A DNA stretch of 64,000 bases from a virus: the IMG/VR virus record IMGVR_UViG_3300026488_000020, positions 20,235 to 84,234 of that record; one strand, 5' to 3'. Positions 19,273 to 29,508 of this stretch are shown in pieces (positions within the stretch are counted from its first letter, which is position 1; each line of letters opens with the position of its first letter). A program made the position numbers and the translations under genes. Below the pieces are notes generated by a model. That model was given only the letters and a program-made list of their open reading frames with translations. It had not been told where the DNA came from and made no database searches.

Positions 19273-19851
19273 TTGTCTAATCCATTCTTGTGGCAAAATT
19301 CAACAAGGAATAATATGAATAAATTTAAAAGGTTAAAAGTATTTATTATAGATACTGTAAAGCAGATATTGCAATTAGTAACATCAATTGCTTTTTTTTG
19401 GATGGTAATATCATACCCAATTTATATTGCAGGATTTGTTGTATTTATAGTTATATATATAGCATTCTCAGCTTGGAGAGTACATAACTTTATTTCGGAA
19501 ACAGAAACAATAGGTGACCTTAGTAAATTATCAAATATTCAAATATCAAAAGAAGCATTCAGTTGGAATATTCTTTCACGTTTGATTTTATTAAAGGTTC
19601 TAAATGATTTTGAAAAAAAGGAGGCATCAAAAGATAATGATTTTGAAGATGCTAAAAATAGTGTAAGCTGTTGGGATGTATTAGATTTACATTTTGATGC
19701 AACATTAATTGATGTAAAAAAAGCATATAAACGATTAGCTAAAATTTACCATCCAGATACAACTGCATTAGATATAGTTGATGCAAAAAGAAAATTCGAC
19801 GAACTTACAAGATGTAAGAATATCTTAATATCAATTACTAAAGGAAAATAG
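19273..19851 (+). CDS. membrane-anchored DnaJ (J-domain) protein (start probably 19315)
   Basis: WDVLDL...VKKAYKRLAKIYHPD...F at C-terminus; N-terminal TM segments. Confidence 0.85.
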   Translation: MSNPFLWQNSTRNNMNKFKRLKVFIIDTVKQILQLVTSIAFFWMVISYPIYIAGFVVFIVIYIAFSAWRVHNFISETETIGDLSKLSNIQISKEAFSWNILSRLILLKVLNDFEKKEASKDNDFEDAKNSVSCWDVLDLHFDATLIDVKKAYKRLAKIYHPDTTALDIVDAKRKFDELTRCKNILISITKGK

Positions 19852-21246
19852 ATGTGTTCATTTGTAAAATTAAATAGTACTAAACAGAGAATTAGTGCAC
19901 AACTTCCAGTTATATTAGAAGCATTAAATACAAAAGGTGGTGACGAATATACGTTTGTTATCGAACATAATGGATTTATTAACAGAATCACTAATGATGA
20001 ATTAAATATTCTAAGTAAGTCTATTCCCGAAAATAGTTTTAAAGATATAGTTGATGAAGCATTTCACTGTTTATTAGAAGATTTTGGAACATATGATGAT
20101 TTTAATATTATTGCATTTTCCCGACTAACTCCTGAAATGGAAGAGACTAATAATTTATTATCTCAACCATATGTTAGACCAAATGGTGATATTATTGTTG
20201 CTCATGGTACAATTCCGAAAGCTGAAGAACTTGCTAAGCAACATGGTATTAGTATTACTGTTGATACTGATCTATTCTTTTGGTTAGATTTTAAAACAGT
20301 TTGTGATTATACTGAAGTAGTTGGTGGAAAGATATCAGCGATGATATGTAACGCAAAATCGGAGATTAAAACATATCAAAATGGTTTAGGTCTTTATGGT
20401 TATAAAGTTACACATAATATAACAGGTTATTCATCAGATTATATTTCAAATATTGATTATGATTTTTTAAAGAAGATTCCAGATTTTGATATACGCAAAG
20501 TAAAAACATATGATCGACCCGAACGTGAAGTGTTGGAACCATTAAGATTAATTTCTTTATTTTCTGGCGGGTTAGATATTACATGTGCAACACAAAAAGC
20601 AATTGAAGATTTAGGACCAGATGAAATAAATTTATGGTATTTTGATTGGGGCACAAATGCAGCATCAGCTGAAATTGAGGCAGGTTGGAAATTTATGAAA
20701 CGTTTAAAAGCAGAAACAAACATTACTGAAATTAATCATGAAACAATTAAAACTGATCAAATGTTTAGAGGTATTCTAAGTGCTTGTGATATGAATGGTA
20801 CTAGATTAACAGATGATAGCGCTGTTGGTGCAGGTGAAGCGGAAGCTGAAGCTGCAATTTCATATGTTCCATATAGAAATACATTTTTAATTACTTTAGC
20901 TGCTGCTAGAGCTGAGCAAATGTATCCTAATGAGCGCATAGCGTTTGTTATTGGGGCAAACTTATCAGAGGGGATGGTTTATCTTGATAACTCTGAAACT
21001 TGGTTACATCGCATTAATGCAATGATTAAAGTAGGAGGTCAAAACACTATTGATTATAGTGTGATCGCACCATATGTTAACAGAACTAAAACTGCTATGG
21101 TTAAAGATGCAATTGATAATAATTTTATTCTTGATACATCATTTAGTTGCTACTTCCCAACAGGTATAACTAAAAGCATTCCATGTGGAAAATGTGGTTC
21201 ATGTTTATTAAAAGAAAATGCTCTTTCAAGAGCAGAAGGAAAATAA
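19852..21246 (+). CDS. gat-queC: glutamine amidotransferase-QueC fusion (Gat-QueC)
   Basis: N-terminal Cys2 (Ntn class II GAT), QPY, VAHGTI; then FSGGLD, YVPYRN, ANLSEGMVYLDN, SCY..CGKCGSC. Confidence 0.88.
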   Translation: MCSFVKLNSTKQRISAQLPVILEALNTKGGDEYTFVIEHNGFINRITNDELNILSKSIPENSFKDIVDEAFHCLLEDFGTYDDFNIIAFSRLTPEMEETNNLLSQPYVRPNGDIIVAHGTIPKAEELAKQHGISITVDTDLFFWLDFKTVCDYTEVVGGKISAMICNAKSEIKTYQNGLGLYGYKVTHNITGYSSDYISNIDYDFLKKIPDFDIRKVKTYDRPEREVLEPLRLISLFSGGLDITCATQKAIEDLGPDEINLWYFDWGTNAASAEIEAGWKFMKRLKAETNITEINHETIKTDQMFRGILSACDMNGTRLTDDSAVGAGEAEAEAAISYVPYRNTFLITLAAARAEQMYPNERIAFVIGANLSEGMVYLDNSETWLHRINAMIKVGGQNTIDYSVIAPYVNRTKTAMVKDAIDNNFILDTSFSCYFPTGITKSIPCGKCGSCLLKENALSRAEGK

Positions 21247-21248
21247 AT

Positions 21249-21563
21249 ATGGAAATAGAATATAACTATAAATATGTCATTGGAGGTATTTCCAATACAA
21301 CAAAAATTGATAAATTAGTATCAAAAGATGAATTATTGGATTATTTATATAACACAATTACTCATGTGCAACTTCCTAGTCAAAAAGGAAGCCTCTTAAA
21401 TTTTTGGGGAGAATATGAAGTATGTGTTGTAAATGCGCCACCTGAAATTAAAAAAATGTTTCCAGACCCTCCTTCGCAAATAAAGAAAACTGAGCAGGAA
21501 TGGATTAATGATGAAAAAATAGCAAAAGAAATTTTTATGACTTTTGCAAATACAATAAAATAA
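21249..21563 (+). CDS. hypothetical protein
   Basis: Start reassigned to ATG after AAGGA. Confidence 0.55.
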   Translation: MEIEYNYKYVIGGISNTTKIDKLVSKDELLDYLYNTITHVQLPSQKGSLLNFWGEYEVCVVNAPPEIKKMFPDPPSQIKKTEQEWINDEKIAKEIFMTFANTIK

Positions 21564-21573
21564 GGGGAAATAA

Positions 21574-21870
21574 ATGTTATATGATATGCCAATGACACAA
21601 GCACAGATCAGAGATACAAAATTGAAGCCTGGTCAAGATTGTTATCAACTTCTTACGATTGAAGGTGATGACTTTACACAGATTAAAAGTATTTCTGAGA
21701 TTGCTCAGAAATTAATTGAAAAGTATCCTAAAATTGATTTATTTATTTCCAGTAATGCTCATGATTTTGGAACCTATTATGGTCTAGAGGTTGAAGACTC
21801 ATGGTTAGGTTGTTCAGATATTGAAGATGATAGTTTAATGATTGCTGAGGAGTTAGGTTATGATGTTTAA
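21574..21870 (+). CDS. hypothetical protein
   Basis: AGGGG RBS. Confidence 0.6.
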   Translation: MLYDMPMTQAQIRDTKLKPGQDCYQLLTIEGDDFTQIKSISEIAQKLIEKYPKIDLFISSNAHDFGTYYGLEVEDSWLGCSDIEDDSLMIAEELGYDV

Positions 21871-22033
21871 TCAACCAAAAGATTATACAGATGATGATAT
21901 TGACTATACAGGTGTTGAAACAGAACCAAAAAGATTTAATCCTGTAAGCTTGACCATAGCTATCGTGATGTTTAGTGCAATTGTTTTTGGATTAACGAAA
22001 TGTTCAAATGATTTACAGAGTGTTATATTTTAG
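21863..22033 (+). CDS. small membrane protein (below ORF track cutoff)
   Basis: MFNQPKDY...LTIAIVMFSAIVFGL...; overlaps upstream stop. Confidence 0.5.
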   Translation: MFNQPKDYTDDDIDYTGVETEPKRFNPVSLTIAIVMFSAIVFGLTKCSNDLQSVIF

Positions 22034-22053
22034 TTATATTTTAAGGAGAAATT

Positions 22054-22257
22054 ATGGATGAGTTAAGAGAAAACATTGATAAGATGTTTGAGGCTATGCA
22101 TAATGGTCAATGGGATGAAGCAGGAACAATTTTAAGAAATTTTAGATGTTCTGGTCAAGAGTTTCACGAAGGTATTCAAACACGTGGAGAGTCAGAATTA
22201 TTTAAACTAAGCATGCTTGGGTTTTATAATAGAGAAATTGATTTTAAAGGAAAATAA
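22054..22257 (+). CDS. hypothetical protein
   Basis: AAGGAG RBS. Confidence 0.6.
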   Translation: MDELRENIDKMFEAMHNGQWDEAGTILRNFRCSGQEFHEGIQTRGESELFKLSMLGFYNREIDFKGK

Positions 22258-22909
22258 TATGAAAATGTTTAAATTTGAGTTACCTGAAGATATAAAAAAG
22301 GCGCTATTAACATTTGAATCAATAACATTGAAAAATGGTACAATACTTAATCAATCAATTCTTGTGAATGATAAAAAAGAATTTACAGAAGAAGAGATTG
22401 GTATTAAAATTGCTTATGGGCATCCTAAAGATTATTTCGTTGAGATTATTCCAAAAGAAGATTTATTCGAAATGGAATTAGATAAATTAATGAGTGCTGT
22501 TAATAATTTAACGGATGAATTCGATGATGATGTTGCTGGTCACATGATTGCTATTTATAGTAGTTATAGACCAACGATGTATTTTAAAAAAACAGATGTT
22601 ATATGCGCAATCAATGATAATGCTCAAGAAGGTATTCAAGACAATCTTAGAAGTCATTTGAAAAATAAGATGCAAGGTAATGAATTTGTATGGTCAATAG
22701 GTGAATTATTTTATGATGATTTGCAAGCCGTTTATAAGTTTTATTATTATGATGAAAATTATAGACACACTACATCATCAGGTGCTGGAACACTAACTGG
22801 GTGGTTATTAGCGGAAGAGATTGAAAAAAGAGCGAAAGATAAAACAGTAATAACTTTAAATAACAATTACAGATTATCAGAAAGTTTTTTTGATAGAATA
22901 AAAGGATAA
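22217..22909 (+). CDS. hypothetical protein (start probably 22259)
   Basis: ORF immediately upstream of RNAP beta-N. Confidence 0.6.
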   Translation: MGFIIEKLILKENNMKMFKFELPEDIKKALLTFESITLKNGTILNQSILVNDKKEFTEEEIGIKIAYGHPKDYFVEIIPKEDLFEMELDKLMSAVNNLTDEFDDDVAGHMIAIYSSYRPTMYFKKTDVICAINDNAQEGIQDNLRSHLKNKMQGNEFVWSIGELFYDDLQAVYKFYYYDENYRHTTSSGAGTLTGWLLAEEIEKRAKDKTVITLNNNYRLSESFFDRIKG

Positions 22910-22911
22910 AA

Positions 22912-24090
22912 ATGAATTTAATTAAATTCGAACCAAAAGTAGAATCTGATGCAGAGTTTTCAATTGTTCATGAATATCGAAAAATTGATCATACGAAAGT
23001 ATATGATATTTTAGAAAACATGATGGCAAATATTGAGAATTTATTACCTGGAAACTTCACGGGTTCAATCACAAAAGAAGATCAAATAAGTGACTATCTT
23101 GGTGAACAAGCAAGTTATTTTGAAAAGATAATTATTAAAATGGGTGCTGATAATCATGATCAAAAAGTTGAGTTATTATATCCAAAGTTATTACAAGGCA
23201 ACTATTTTAGAATGAATGGCTCATTATATGTTCCTATTCTATTCTTGGAACGCTCGCCATTGGATGTTTTAAAAGATGTTAAAAAAGGTAATAAAATTTT
23301 TGTAAACTTATTGCCAACATTTAATCTAACGTTTAACTTCCAAAAGAATGAAGTTCTATTTAGAAAGAAAACTGTAGAACTTAACACTTTTATGAGAGTG
23401 TTGTTTGCGAATGAGATTGATTATTATGAAGATCTTATTAGAGCAAAAGTTATAACTAGATGTGAATTACCAGCACATGAGATCAATGCTCATGTTTATA
23501 AGATGATGGGATTCTATGAGACTAGTTTCTTTGATGTTCATAAAATAGGACTAGCTAAATTTTTTGATGAATATATTTTATTAGATTATTTTAGAGGAAT
23601 GTTTAAAGACTTCTTTGATGTTGATAATATTAAAGATATTGTCAAATTGGTTATTAAATATCATGTTGATGATGTTGATATTAATATGTCTGATTTAACT
23701 AACCGTAGAATCGTGATGAATGAATATCTTATTAATCCGATTTATGAAATGTATTTGAGATTACTATATGGAGCAATCGATAAGAATGAGAAGCAACAGT
23801 TCTTACCGACTATGAATTCAAGAGTATTAATTACTTCAGGTTTTAGAGGGTTAATGCATGCTGGGCAGTATTTTAATATTAGTCTACCATACACATCACC
23901 TCTTATAAATAAAGTGTCGCAAGATATTTATATTATTAATGATGGACGTATTCCAAAATCATGGACAGCGAATCATCCATCTGGTTTTGGTAAGCTTTGT
24001 CCGATTTCAGTATCAGCTCAAAAAATGGGTTCAAACCTTGTATTTACAAATAATACAAGAATTAATTATTATGGTAAGGTTGAGGTATAA
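22912..24090 (+). CDS. rpoB: RNA polymerase beta subunit, N-terminal part
   Basis: NYFRMNG (cf. FIING), DLTNRRI (cf. HLGNRR), HPSGFGKLCPI (cf. HxSHYGRxCPI). Confidence 0.8.
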   Translation: MNLIKFEPKVESDAEFSIVHEYRKIDHTKVYDILENMMANIENLLPGNFTGSITKEDQISDYLGEQASYFEKIIIKMGADNHDQKVELLYPKLLQGNYFRMNGSLYVPILFLERSPLDVLKDVKKGNKIFVNLLPTFNLTFNFQKNEVLFRKKTVELNTFMRVLFANEIDYYEDLIRAKVITRCELPAHEINAHVYKMMGFYETSFFDVHKIGLAKFFDEYILLDYFRGMFKDFFDVDNIKDIVKLVIKYHVDDVDINMSDLTNRRIVMNEYLINPIYEMYLRLLYGAIDKNEKQQFLPTMNSRVLITSGFRGLMHAGQYFNISLPYTSPLINKVSQDIYIINDGRIPKSWTANHPSGFGKLCPISVSAQKMGSNLVFTNNTRINYYGKVEV

Positions 24091-24092
24091 AT

Positions 24093-24371
24093 ATGAAAAT
24101 AGAAAATATCGAAAGAGTAAATCAAATAAAAGATGAGTTGTCAACATTTAAAAAAAATATTAATCAGATGCAAAATTGGATTAAAATTCATCCTGATGGC
24201 GAAGGTTTTTTATTACAAGAATTTTCAGATGGTTCTGGTCATTTAAATATTGGTTTTATGTTTAAGGATGGTGATTACAATGCTGGTATTTATAAAGAGT
24301 TAGCTAATGCTACTCTTGAAATATTTGAAAAGCATTATGCAGTATTACTTGCAGAAATTGAGGAGCTATAA
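24093..24371 (+). CDS. hypothetical protein between the two beta fragments
   Basis: GAGG RBS; TAATG coupling to beta-C. Confidence 0.6.
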   Translation: MKIENIERVNQIKDELSTFKKNINQMQNWIKIHPDGEGFLLQEFSDGSGHLNIGFMFKDGDYNAGIYKELANATLEIFEKHYAVLLAEIEEL

Positions 24372-26884
24372 TGAGTTTAGATAAATTAGTATATGATGGA
24401 AATTTAGAAGATGCTTTAGATGAAGCAAATCAACTAGAGCCATTGGATACAATTAATGAATTGACCGCTAAAGAATTAGCTGAATCAATTGAGTTGGATA
24501 AACTTGACTTAACAGAAGCATACGAAAATGCTGATGAATCTCAAATTATGTTTAGTCCACAAATTGAAGTTTTTGAACCATGGGCAGCACATGTTGATGC
24601 ATCAAGAACAAACATGTCTGCAAAACAGTTGCTTCAAACAGTAACATCAGATAATAATGATTCACCATATGTTTTAAATAAAAACTATCAAGCAATGACA
24701 AATATCAATTCCCCATTCATTGAGTATGCAAAAGAAGATGGTGTAATTTTATACTCAAATTTCAACTTCTTGATAATTTATTATCTTGCATCAAACGAGT
24801 TAGAAACATTATATTGTCCAGATGTAAAAAAACTTACAAATAATACTTTAACTTTAAAGTATAAATTAGATATGCATAAGAGTAAAAAGTTTTCAAAAGG
24901 AGATATATTATTTGATTATACTGGTCAATCAATTGATGGTAATGTTCCAAAGATTGGATACAGAACTAAAATTCTATATGGTTCGTTTTATGGATATACC
25001 GCAGATGATGCATTTGTAATGTCTGAATCATATGCTGATAGAACTCGCATCGATTATAGTAAAAAGGTTTTTGTACCTGTTACTAAAGAGTTAAAATATT
25101 TAAAAAATTCTCTAGATAAATATTTATTTACTCCTGGTGAAGTATCAGATGTAAATTATTTAGAATATTTTAAAATTGATTCGTCTGATAGTATGTTATC
25201 AGAGTTTAACAATACAAGTACTAGACAATCAAAGATTTATGGTAAGTCTGTTGATTCAATTCATGGTGGAACTATCAAATCTTTAAAGGTTCATAGAATC
25301 ACAGATAAAACCTTTGATGAATTAGATGATGAGTATATATACACTGAAGGGTTAATTCGCGAGGTTCAAGAACAATATCAACGTCAGATTGAGATTAAAA
25401 AAGATTTATTTAAACATTTAAATAATGTTTTTACAGTTGAAGGTCAAGCAGTTGAGTTCACGAACAATATTTTTTCACAGTGGGAAAGTACTGATAAATT
25501 TCCGAATCTGTCATTAGAAGCGATTGCAACTGATTATAGAATTGATAAAGATAAGATTGATTATGTTGTTGAAATTGAGATATATAAATCTGAACCAACA
25601 TGTGTTGGTGATAAATTTGCAAATGTTTTTGCAGGTAAGGGTGTATGTTCGTTAATTTTGCCAGATAATATTATGCCCGCTGGTGCAGATATTATATTTA
25701 ATCCTCTTGGGTTATTTGGTCGTAATAACTGGGGGACTGTTTTTGAGATGGGAATTTCAAAAGTTATCCAAGATATTGAATCACATCTAGATGATCAATC
25801 TGCTGTTGTTTCAAGATTAGAGTTTGTGCGCCAAAATTTCTTTGAAGTATTTGATAAAGAATATTCAAAAGCAGTATTAGAATTAATATATTCATTTGAT
25901 GATCCAAAAATGTATGGTTTATTTAAAGAATCTGTTTTAAAAAATGGATTATATTTCTTCGTGGATAATTTTCCTGGTATATCATTTAAAGATTATATCG
26001 ATACTTTTATCTTAAAATATCAAGAACGTTACGATATTAATATCACAGATAAAGAACCTATTGTTTATTCTGAGGAGTTGATGCAATTTCTTAGAGATAG
26101 AGGTTTTATTCATTCAGTATGGGGTGATGATATTGTTCAAGCAGTTCAACAAGAATGTTATGTTGGATACAATTACTGGATTAAATTATTTCATACATCT
26201 TATAGTAAATACAATGCAATTTCTTTTGCAAATAGTTATTCTAAGAGTACGGGTGAACCTCCTCGGGGTAGAACTAAGGGTGGTGGCTGTCATATTAGTT
26301 GGCAATCAACTGCTGCGTTGATTGGTCATATGGAAGGCAATCCATGTTCTGTCGAATTACGAACAATTAAATCTGACGCAGTTCAAGATAAAAATAACTT
26401 TAATCGTAAGATGATCCAAAATGGTGAATATATTATGAAAGATAAATATAAGTCTCCCACAGTTAATACTTTAAATAATGGCCTTAATATGCTTTGTTTA
26501 AAATTTAGTTCTATTCATGATAATAATGATGAAGATTCATTTGATGATGATTATTCTGAAGCATTAGAAGATGAAGAAGAAGTGAAAATTGATGATTTAT
26601 TTACTGGAGGAAATAAAGATTATGAAAGGGCGGATAATCAAGATTTAGAAATTGATGAAGATGAAGATATGGTTGAATCTGTTGCAGTTGAATCTACACC
26701 TGCACATAATCCAGAGACCGGCGAAATTATAAAGGTTATAGAATATACGCCTGAAAGTGTTATAAAGGTTATAGATATAACTGATATTGGTGAGCCAATA
26801 ATTGAAGAAGAAATTGATAATTCTGATATTGAAGAGGTTTTAAATTCTGATTCTGTTCAGATCGATATAGATATAGATGATTAA
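24371..26884 (+). CDS. rpoB: RNA polymerase beta subunit, C-terminal part, with acidic tail
   Basis: HVDASRTNMSAKQ, GYTADDAFVMS, GDKFANVFAGKGV, DIIFNPLGLFGRNN, YS..TGEPPRGRTKGGG, ELRTIKSD. Confidence 0.92.
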   Translation: MSLDKLVYDGNLEDALDEANQLEPLDTINELTAKELAESIELDKLDLTEAYENADESQIMFSPQIEVFEPWAAHVDASRTNMSAKQLLQTVTSDNNDSPYVLNKNYQAMTNINSPFIEYAKEDGVILYSNFNFLIIYYLASNELETLYCPDVKKLTNNTLTLKYKLDMHKSKKFSKGDILFDYTGQSIDGNVPKIGYRTKILYGSFYGYTADDAFVMSESYADRTRIDYSKKVFVPVTKELKYLKNSLDKYLFTPGEVSDVNYLEYFKIDSSDSMLSEFNNTSTRQSKIYGKSVDSIHGGTIKSLKVHRITDKTFDELDDEYIYTEGLIREVQEQYQRQIEIKKDLFKHLNNVFTVEGQAVEFTNNIFSQWESTDKFPNLSLEAIATDYRIDKDKIDYVVEIEIYKSEPTCVGDKFANVFAGKGVCSLILPDNIMPAGADIIFNPLGLFGRNNWGTVFEMGISKVIQDIESHLDDQSAVVSRLEFVRQNFFEVFDKEYSKAVLELIYSFDDPKMYGLFKESVLKNGLYFFVDNFPGISFKDYIDTFILKYQERYDINITDKEPIVYSEELMQFLRDRGFIHSVWGDDIVQAVQQECYVGYNYWIKLFHTSYSKYNAISFANSYSKSTGEPPRGRTKGGGCHISWQSTAALIGHMEGNPCSVELRTIKSDAVQDKNNFNRKMIQNGEYIMKDKYKSPTVNTLNNGLNMLCLKFSSIHDNNDEDSFDDDYSEALEDEEEVKIDDLFTGGNKDYERADNQDLEIDEDEDMVESVAVESTPAHNPETGEIIKVIEYTPESVIKVIDITDIGEPIIEEEIDNSDIEEVLNSDSVQIDIDIDD

Positions 26885-26914
26885 ACGCATATTACTATAG
26901 TAATATGCGTTTAA
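26881..26914. terminator. perfect 34-bp palindrome at end of rpoB-C (probable terminator)
   Basis: TTAAACGCATATTACTA|TAGTAATATGCGTTTAA. Confidence 0.65.
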
Positions 26915-26941
26915 AATAAAATTAACATATAAAGGGTCGCA

Positions 26942-27391
26942 ATGAGAAAATATGATGATATTGAGCGAGATATGTTGTCAAATTATATTTTAGATGTTGT
27001 TCGAAATTTAATTGAAAACAAGATTCCATTTACATTGGCAATTGATAATTGGAATAATTGGTCAGCTGAGTTTCCTGCAAATTTAAAAGATAAAGATCGA
27101 TTTATGATAAACATTAAAGAACAAGCATTGGATGATTCGTATGCAGATAAAGATGTTGTTGATATTGTGATTGATATTCAAGGAATTGAGTATCAAAAAC
27201 GATTAGATATCAGCGACATACATGCAGTTTCATTTGATACTGGTTTACCACCTTTTATTGTAAAGCAGTATAAAGATAAACCTCCTGCACCCACTCCTAA
27301 AAAAACATTATCTAGGGATGTTGAAGATAAAGAAGGTTTAGAACATTCTTTAAAAATGTGGAAATTACATAATAAGGAGATGTTTCAATGA
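26942..27391 (+). CDS. hypothetical protein, possibly SspB-like fold
   Basis: N-terminal helix, FPANL, beta-rich core, Pro-rich linker; recalled resemblance only. Confidence 0.35.
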   Translation: MRKYDDIERDMLSNYILDVVRNLIENKIPFTLAIDNWNNWSAEFPANLKDKDRFMINIKEQALDDSYADKDVVDIVIDIQGIEYQKRLDISDIHAVSFDTGLPPFIVKQYKDKPPAPTPKKTLSRDVEDKEGLEHSLKMWKLHNKEMFQ

Positions 27392-29268
27392 GACATGCAA
27401 TTAAAGATGATAGATGGCACGTTCTGAATAGAACTGGAATGTATCTTGGCTCAACTGTTCAAACAGATTGTGAAGAATATTTAATTATAAATAACGAGTT
27501 TAAATTATTTAAGACTAAGTATGTGCCTGCTCTTGTAAAAATGGTAAATGAAATTATTGATAATTCTGTTGATATTTTAAAAGATTACAAATCAGGTAAA
27601 ATTGATGTTGTAATGAATGTTGAAAAGAATCAAGTTATGGTAACAGATAATGGGAAAGGTATTCCTATTAAAGAAATTGAGAATCTTGATGGTTCGCATA
27701 TTCTAGTACCAAAGGCTTGTTGGTCGATTGCAAAATCAGGTTCAAATTTTAATGATGATGAAGAAGATGCAAGTACAATTGGAACCAATGGTGTTGGATC
27801 ATTTTGTACTAATGTATTATCTTCAAAGTTTGTTGGTATCACAGATGATGGAGAAAAAAAATATTCAGGTACATGGGGATCAAATTGTGATCCGAGTTCA
27901 TATAATGAGACAATAAAAGAGAGTTCTGGTAAGAAAGGTACTTCAGTATACTTTGAACCGGATTTAGGTAGATTAGGTATTGAATCATTTAATGATGACA
28001 CAATGTTAATTATTAAGCAACGGTTGATAAACTTAACGATCGCTTATCCAACTATTAAGTTTACATTTAATGGTGAAAAAATCCAATATACTCAAAAGCA
28101 ATTTATGGAATTGTTGGGTACAAATGGGAATATCTTTTCAGATAAAACTGGTAAATATTCTTACGCTGTGTTTCCAAGTGTCTCAGGAGATTTTGAAACA
28201 TTTTCGATTGTAAATGGTTTGAACATTAAATCAGGTACACATATTGATTACTTATTAAAATATATTACATCAACAATTAAAGAAAAACTTCCTAAAAAGT
28301 TTGATAAGATTACAGTTGGTGATATCAAAAATAAACTAAAGATTGTTTTTATTGGTAAAGATTTTCCTAAGATACAATGGAGTGGTCAAACTAAAGAGGT
28401 TGTTGGTAATTCTAATAAAGATATTAGAAGTTATCTTGGAGAAGATTGGAAAAAACTATTAATAGATATTTCAAAAAATAAAGAAATCATTGCTCCAATT
28501 ACATTTTTACATGAAGCTAAGCTTGATGCTGAAGAACGTAAAAAGGCAGCTGAAGTTGATAAAGAGTTAAAGAAAACTAAGGTAATGAAGCTTCGACACG
28601 CATCAAAAGAGAAAGTCTTTTTAATGTTAACAGAAGGTGATTCAGCACTTAAAGGAATTATTAAGGCTCTAGGCAGACTTTTAAATGGTTACTTACCACT
28701 TCGTGGAGTTGTAGCAAATCCATACACAAACAATATTCAAAAGATTGTTAAGAATGCTGAGTATAAAGATATTATGAATACTCTAGGATTAAAATTCTCA
28801 GAAGTTAATACATGTTTAAATATGAATTATAAGTATGTTGTTTTAACTACAGATGCTGATGTTGATGGTGCACACATTCAAGGATTATTATTAGGATTCT
28901 TTTATAAATTTTGCCCTGATATATTTGAGCATAAACGTATTCTTATTTTAAGAACGCCAATTAAAGTTGCAAAAGATAAAAAAGAAAATATGGTTGCAGC
29001 ATTTATTACTGAGCAAGAATATGTTGATTTTATGAAAGTGAAATCAAATTCAAAATATACGATTGAGTATAAAAAAGGGTTGGGTTCTCTTAATCCAAAA
29101 GAATATGAACAGTTTTTTAAATTGAGACCATTTGAGGAATGTTTAGTACAACTTGATTATACTGAACATGATTTACAGCAAATGGTTAAATGGTTAGAAG
29201 ATGATGCAGATTTTAGAAAAACTAAGATACAAGAACGCATCAAAGATTTTGATGTTGATTCAATATGA
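27388..29268 (+). CDS. type IIA DNA topoisomerase, ATPase/TOPRIM subunit (GyrB/T4 gp39+60-like)
   Basis: HVLNRTGMYLGS, EIIDNSVD, DNGKGIP, GTNGVGS, TEGDSA, PLRG, TDADVDGAHI, YKKGLGS. Confidence 0.96.
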   Translation: MRHAIKDDRWHVLNRTGMYLGSTVQTDCEEYLIINNEFKLFKTKYVPALVKMVNEIIDNSVDILKDYKSGKIDVVMNVEKNQVMVTDNGKGIPIKEIENLDGSHILVPKACWSIAKSGSNFNDDEEDASTIGTNGVGSFCTNVLSSKFVGITDDGEKKYSGTWGSNCDPSSYNETIKESSGKKGTSVYFEPDLGRLGIESFNDDTMLIIKQRLINLTIAYPTIKFTFNGEKIQYTQKQFMELLGTNGNIFSDKTGKYSYAVFPSVSGDFETFSIVNGLNIKSGTHIDYLLKYITSTIKEKLPKKFDKITVGDIKNKLKIVFIGKDFPKIQWSGQTKEVVGNSNKDIRSYLGEDWKKLLIDISKNKEIIAPITFLHEAKLDAEERKKAAEVDKELKKTKVMKLRHASKEKVFLMLTEGDSALKGIIKALGRLLNGYLPLRGVVANPYTNNIQKIVKNAEYKDIMNTLGLKFSEVNTCLNMNYKYVVLTTDADVDGAHIQGLLLGFFYKFCPDIFEHKRILILRTPIKVAKDKKENMVAAFITEQEYVDFMKVKSNSKYTIEYKKGLGSLNPKEYEQFFKLRPFEECLVQLDYTEHDLQQMVKWLEDDADFRKTKIQERIKDFDVDSI

Positions 29269-29384
29269 TTGAAATATCGTATGCTGATGCTGGAATATAT
29301 ACGTTTTTAGTTTTTGTTGCTGGTATTGTGTATGAACACATTGCTAGCAAATTCAATTACAAAACCGGTAAATATGAAGGTTAA
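29265..29384 (+). CDS. small membrane peptide (39 aa)
   Basis: MIEISYADAGIYTFLVFVAGIVYEH...; ATGA overlap with topoisomerase stop. Confidence 0.45.
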   Translation: MIEISYADAGIYTFLVFVAGIVYEHIASKFNYKTGKYEG

Positions 29385-29508
29385 TTTAAAATAAACACTA
29401 AATGCTATGCAATAGCAAACTCAAATTATGGAAACGTATTCGGACATAACACAAGTACTCGCGAAGGTAGAGCTGCTTCTAGAGCCGCAAATTTTGATCA
29501 ATCGTTTT

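Noticed and set aside
15643-26884. Bacterial chromosomal rpoBC locus
   Set aside because: Highly divergent, beta split, rpoC before rpoB, no ribosomal protein neighbours, phage-type gene context
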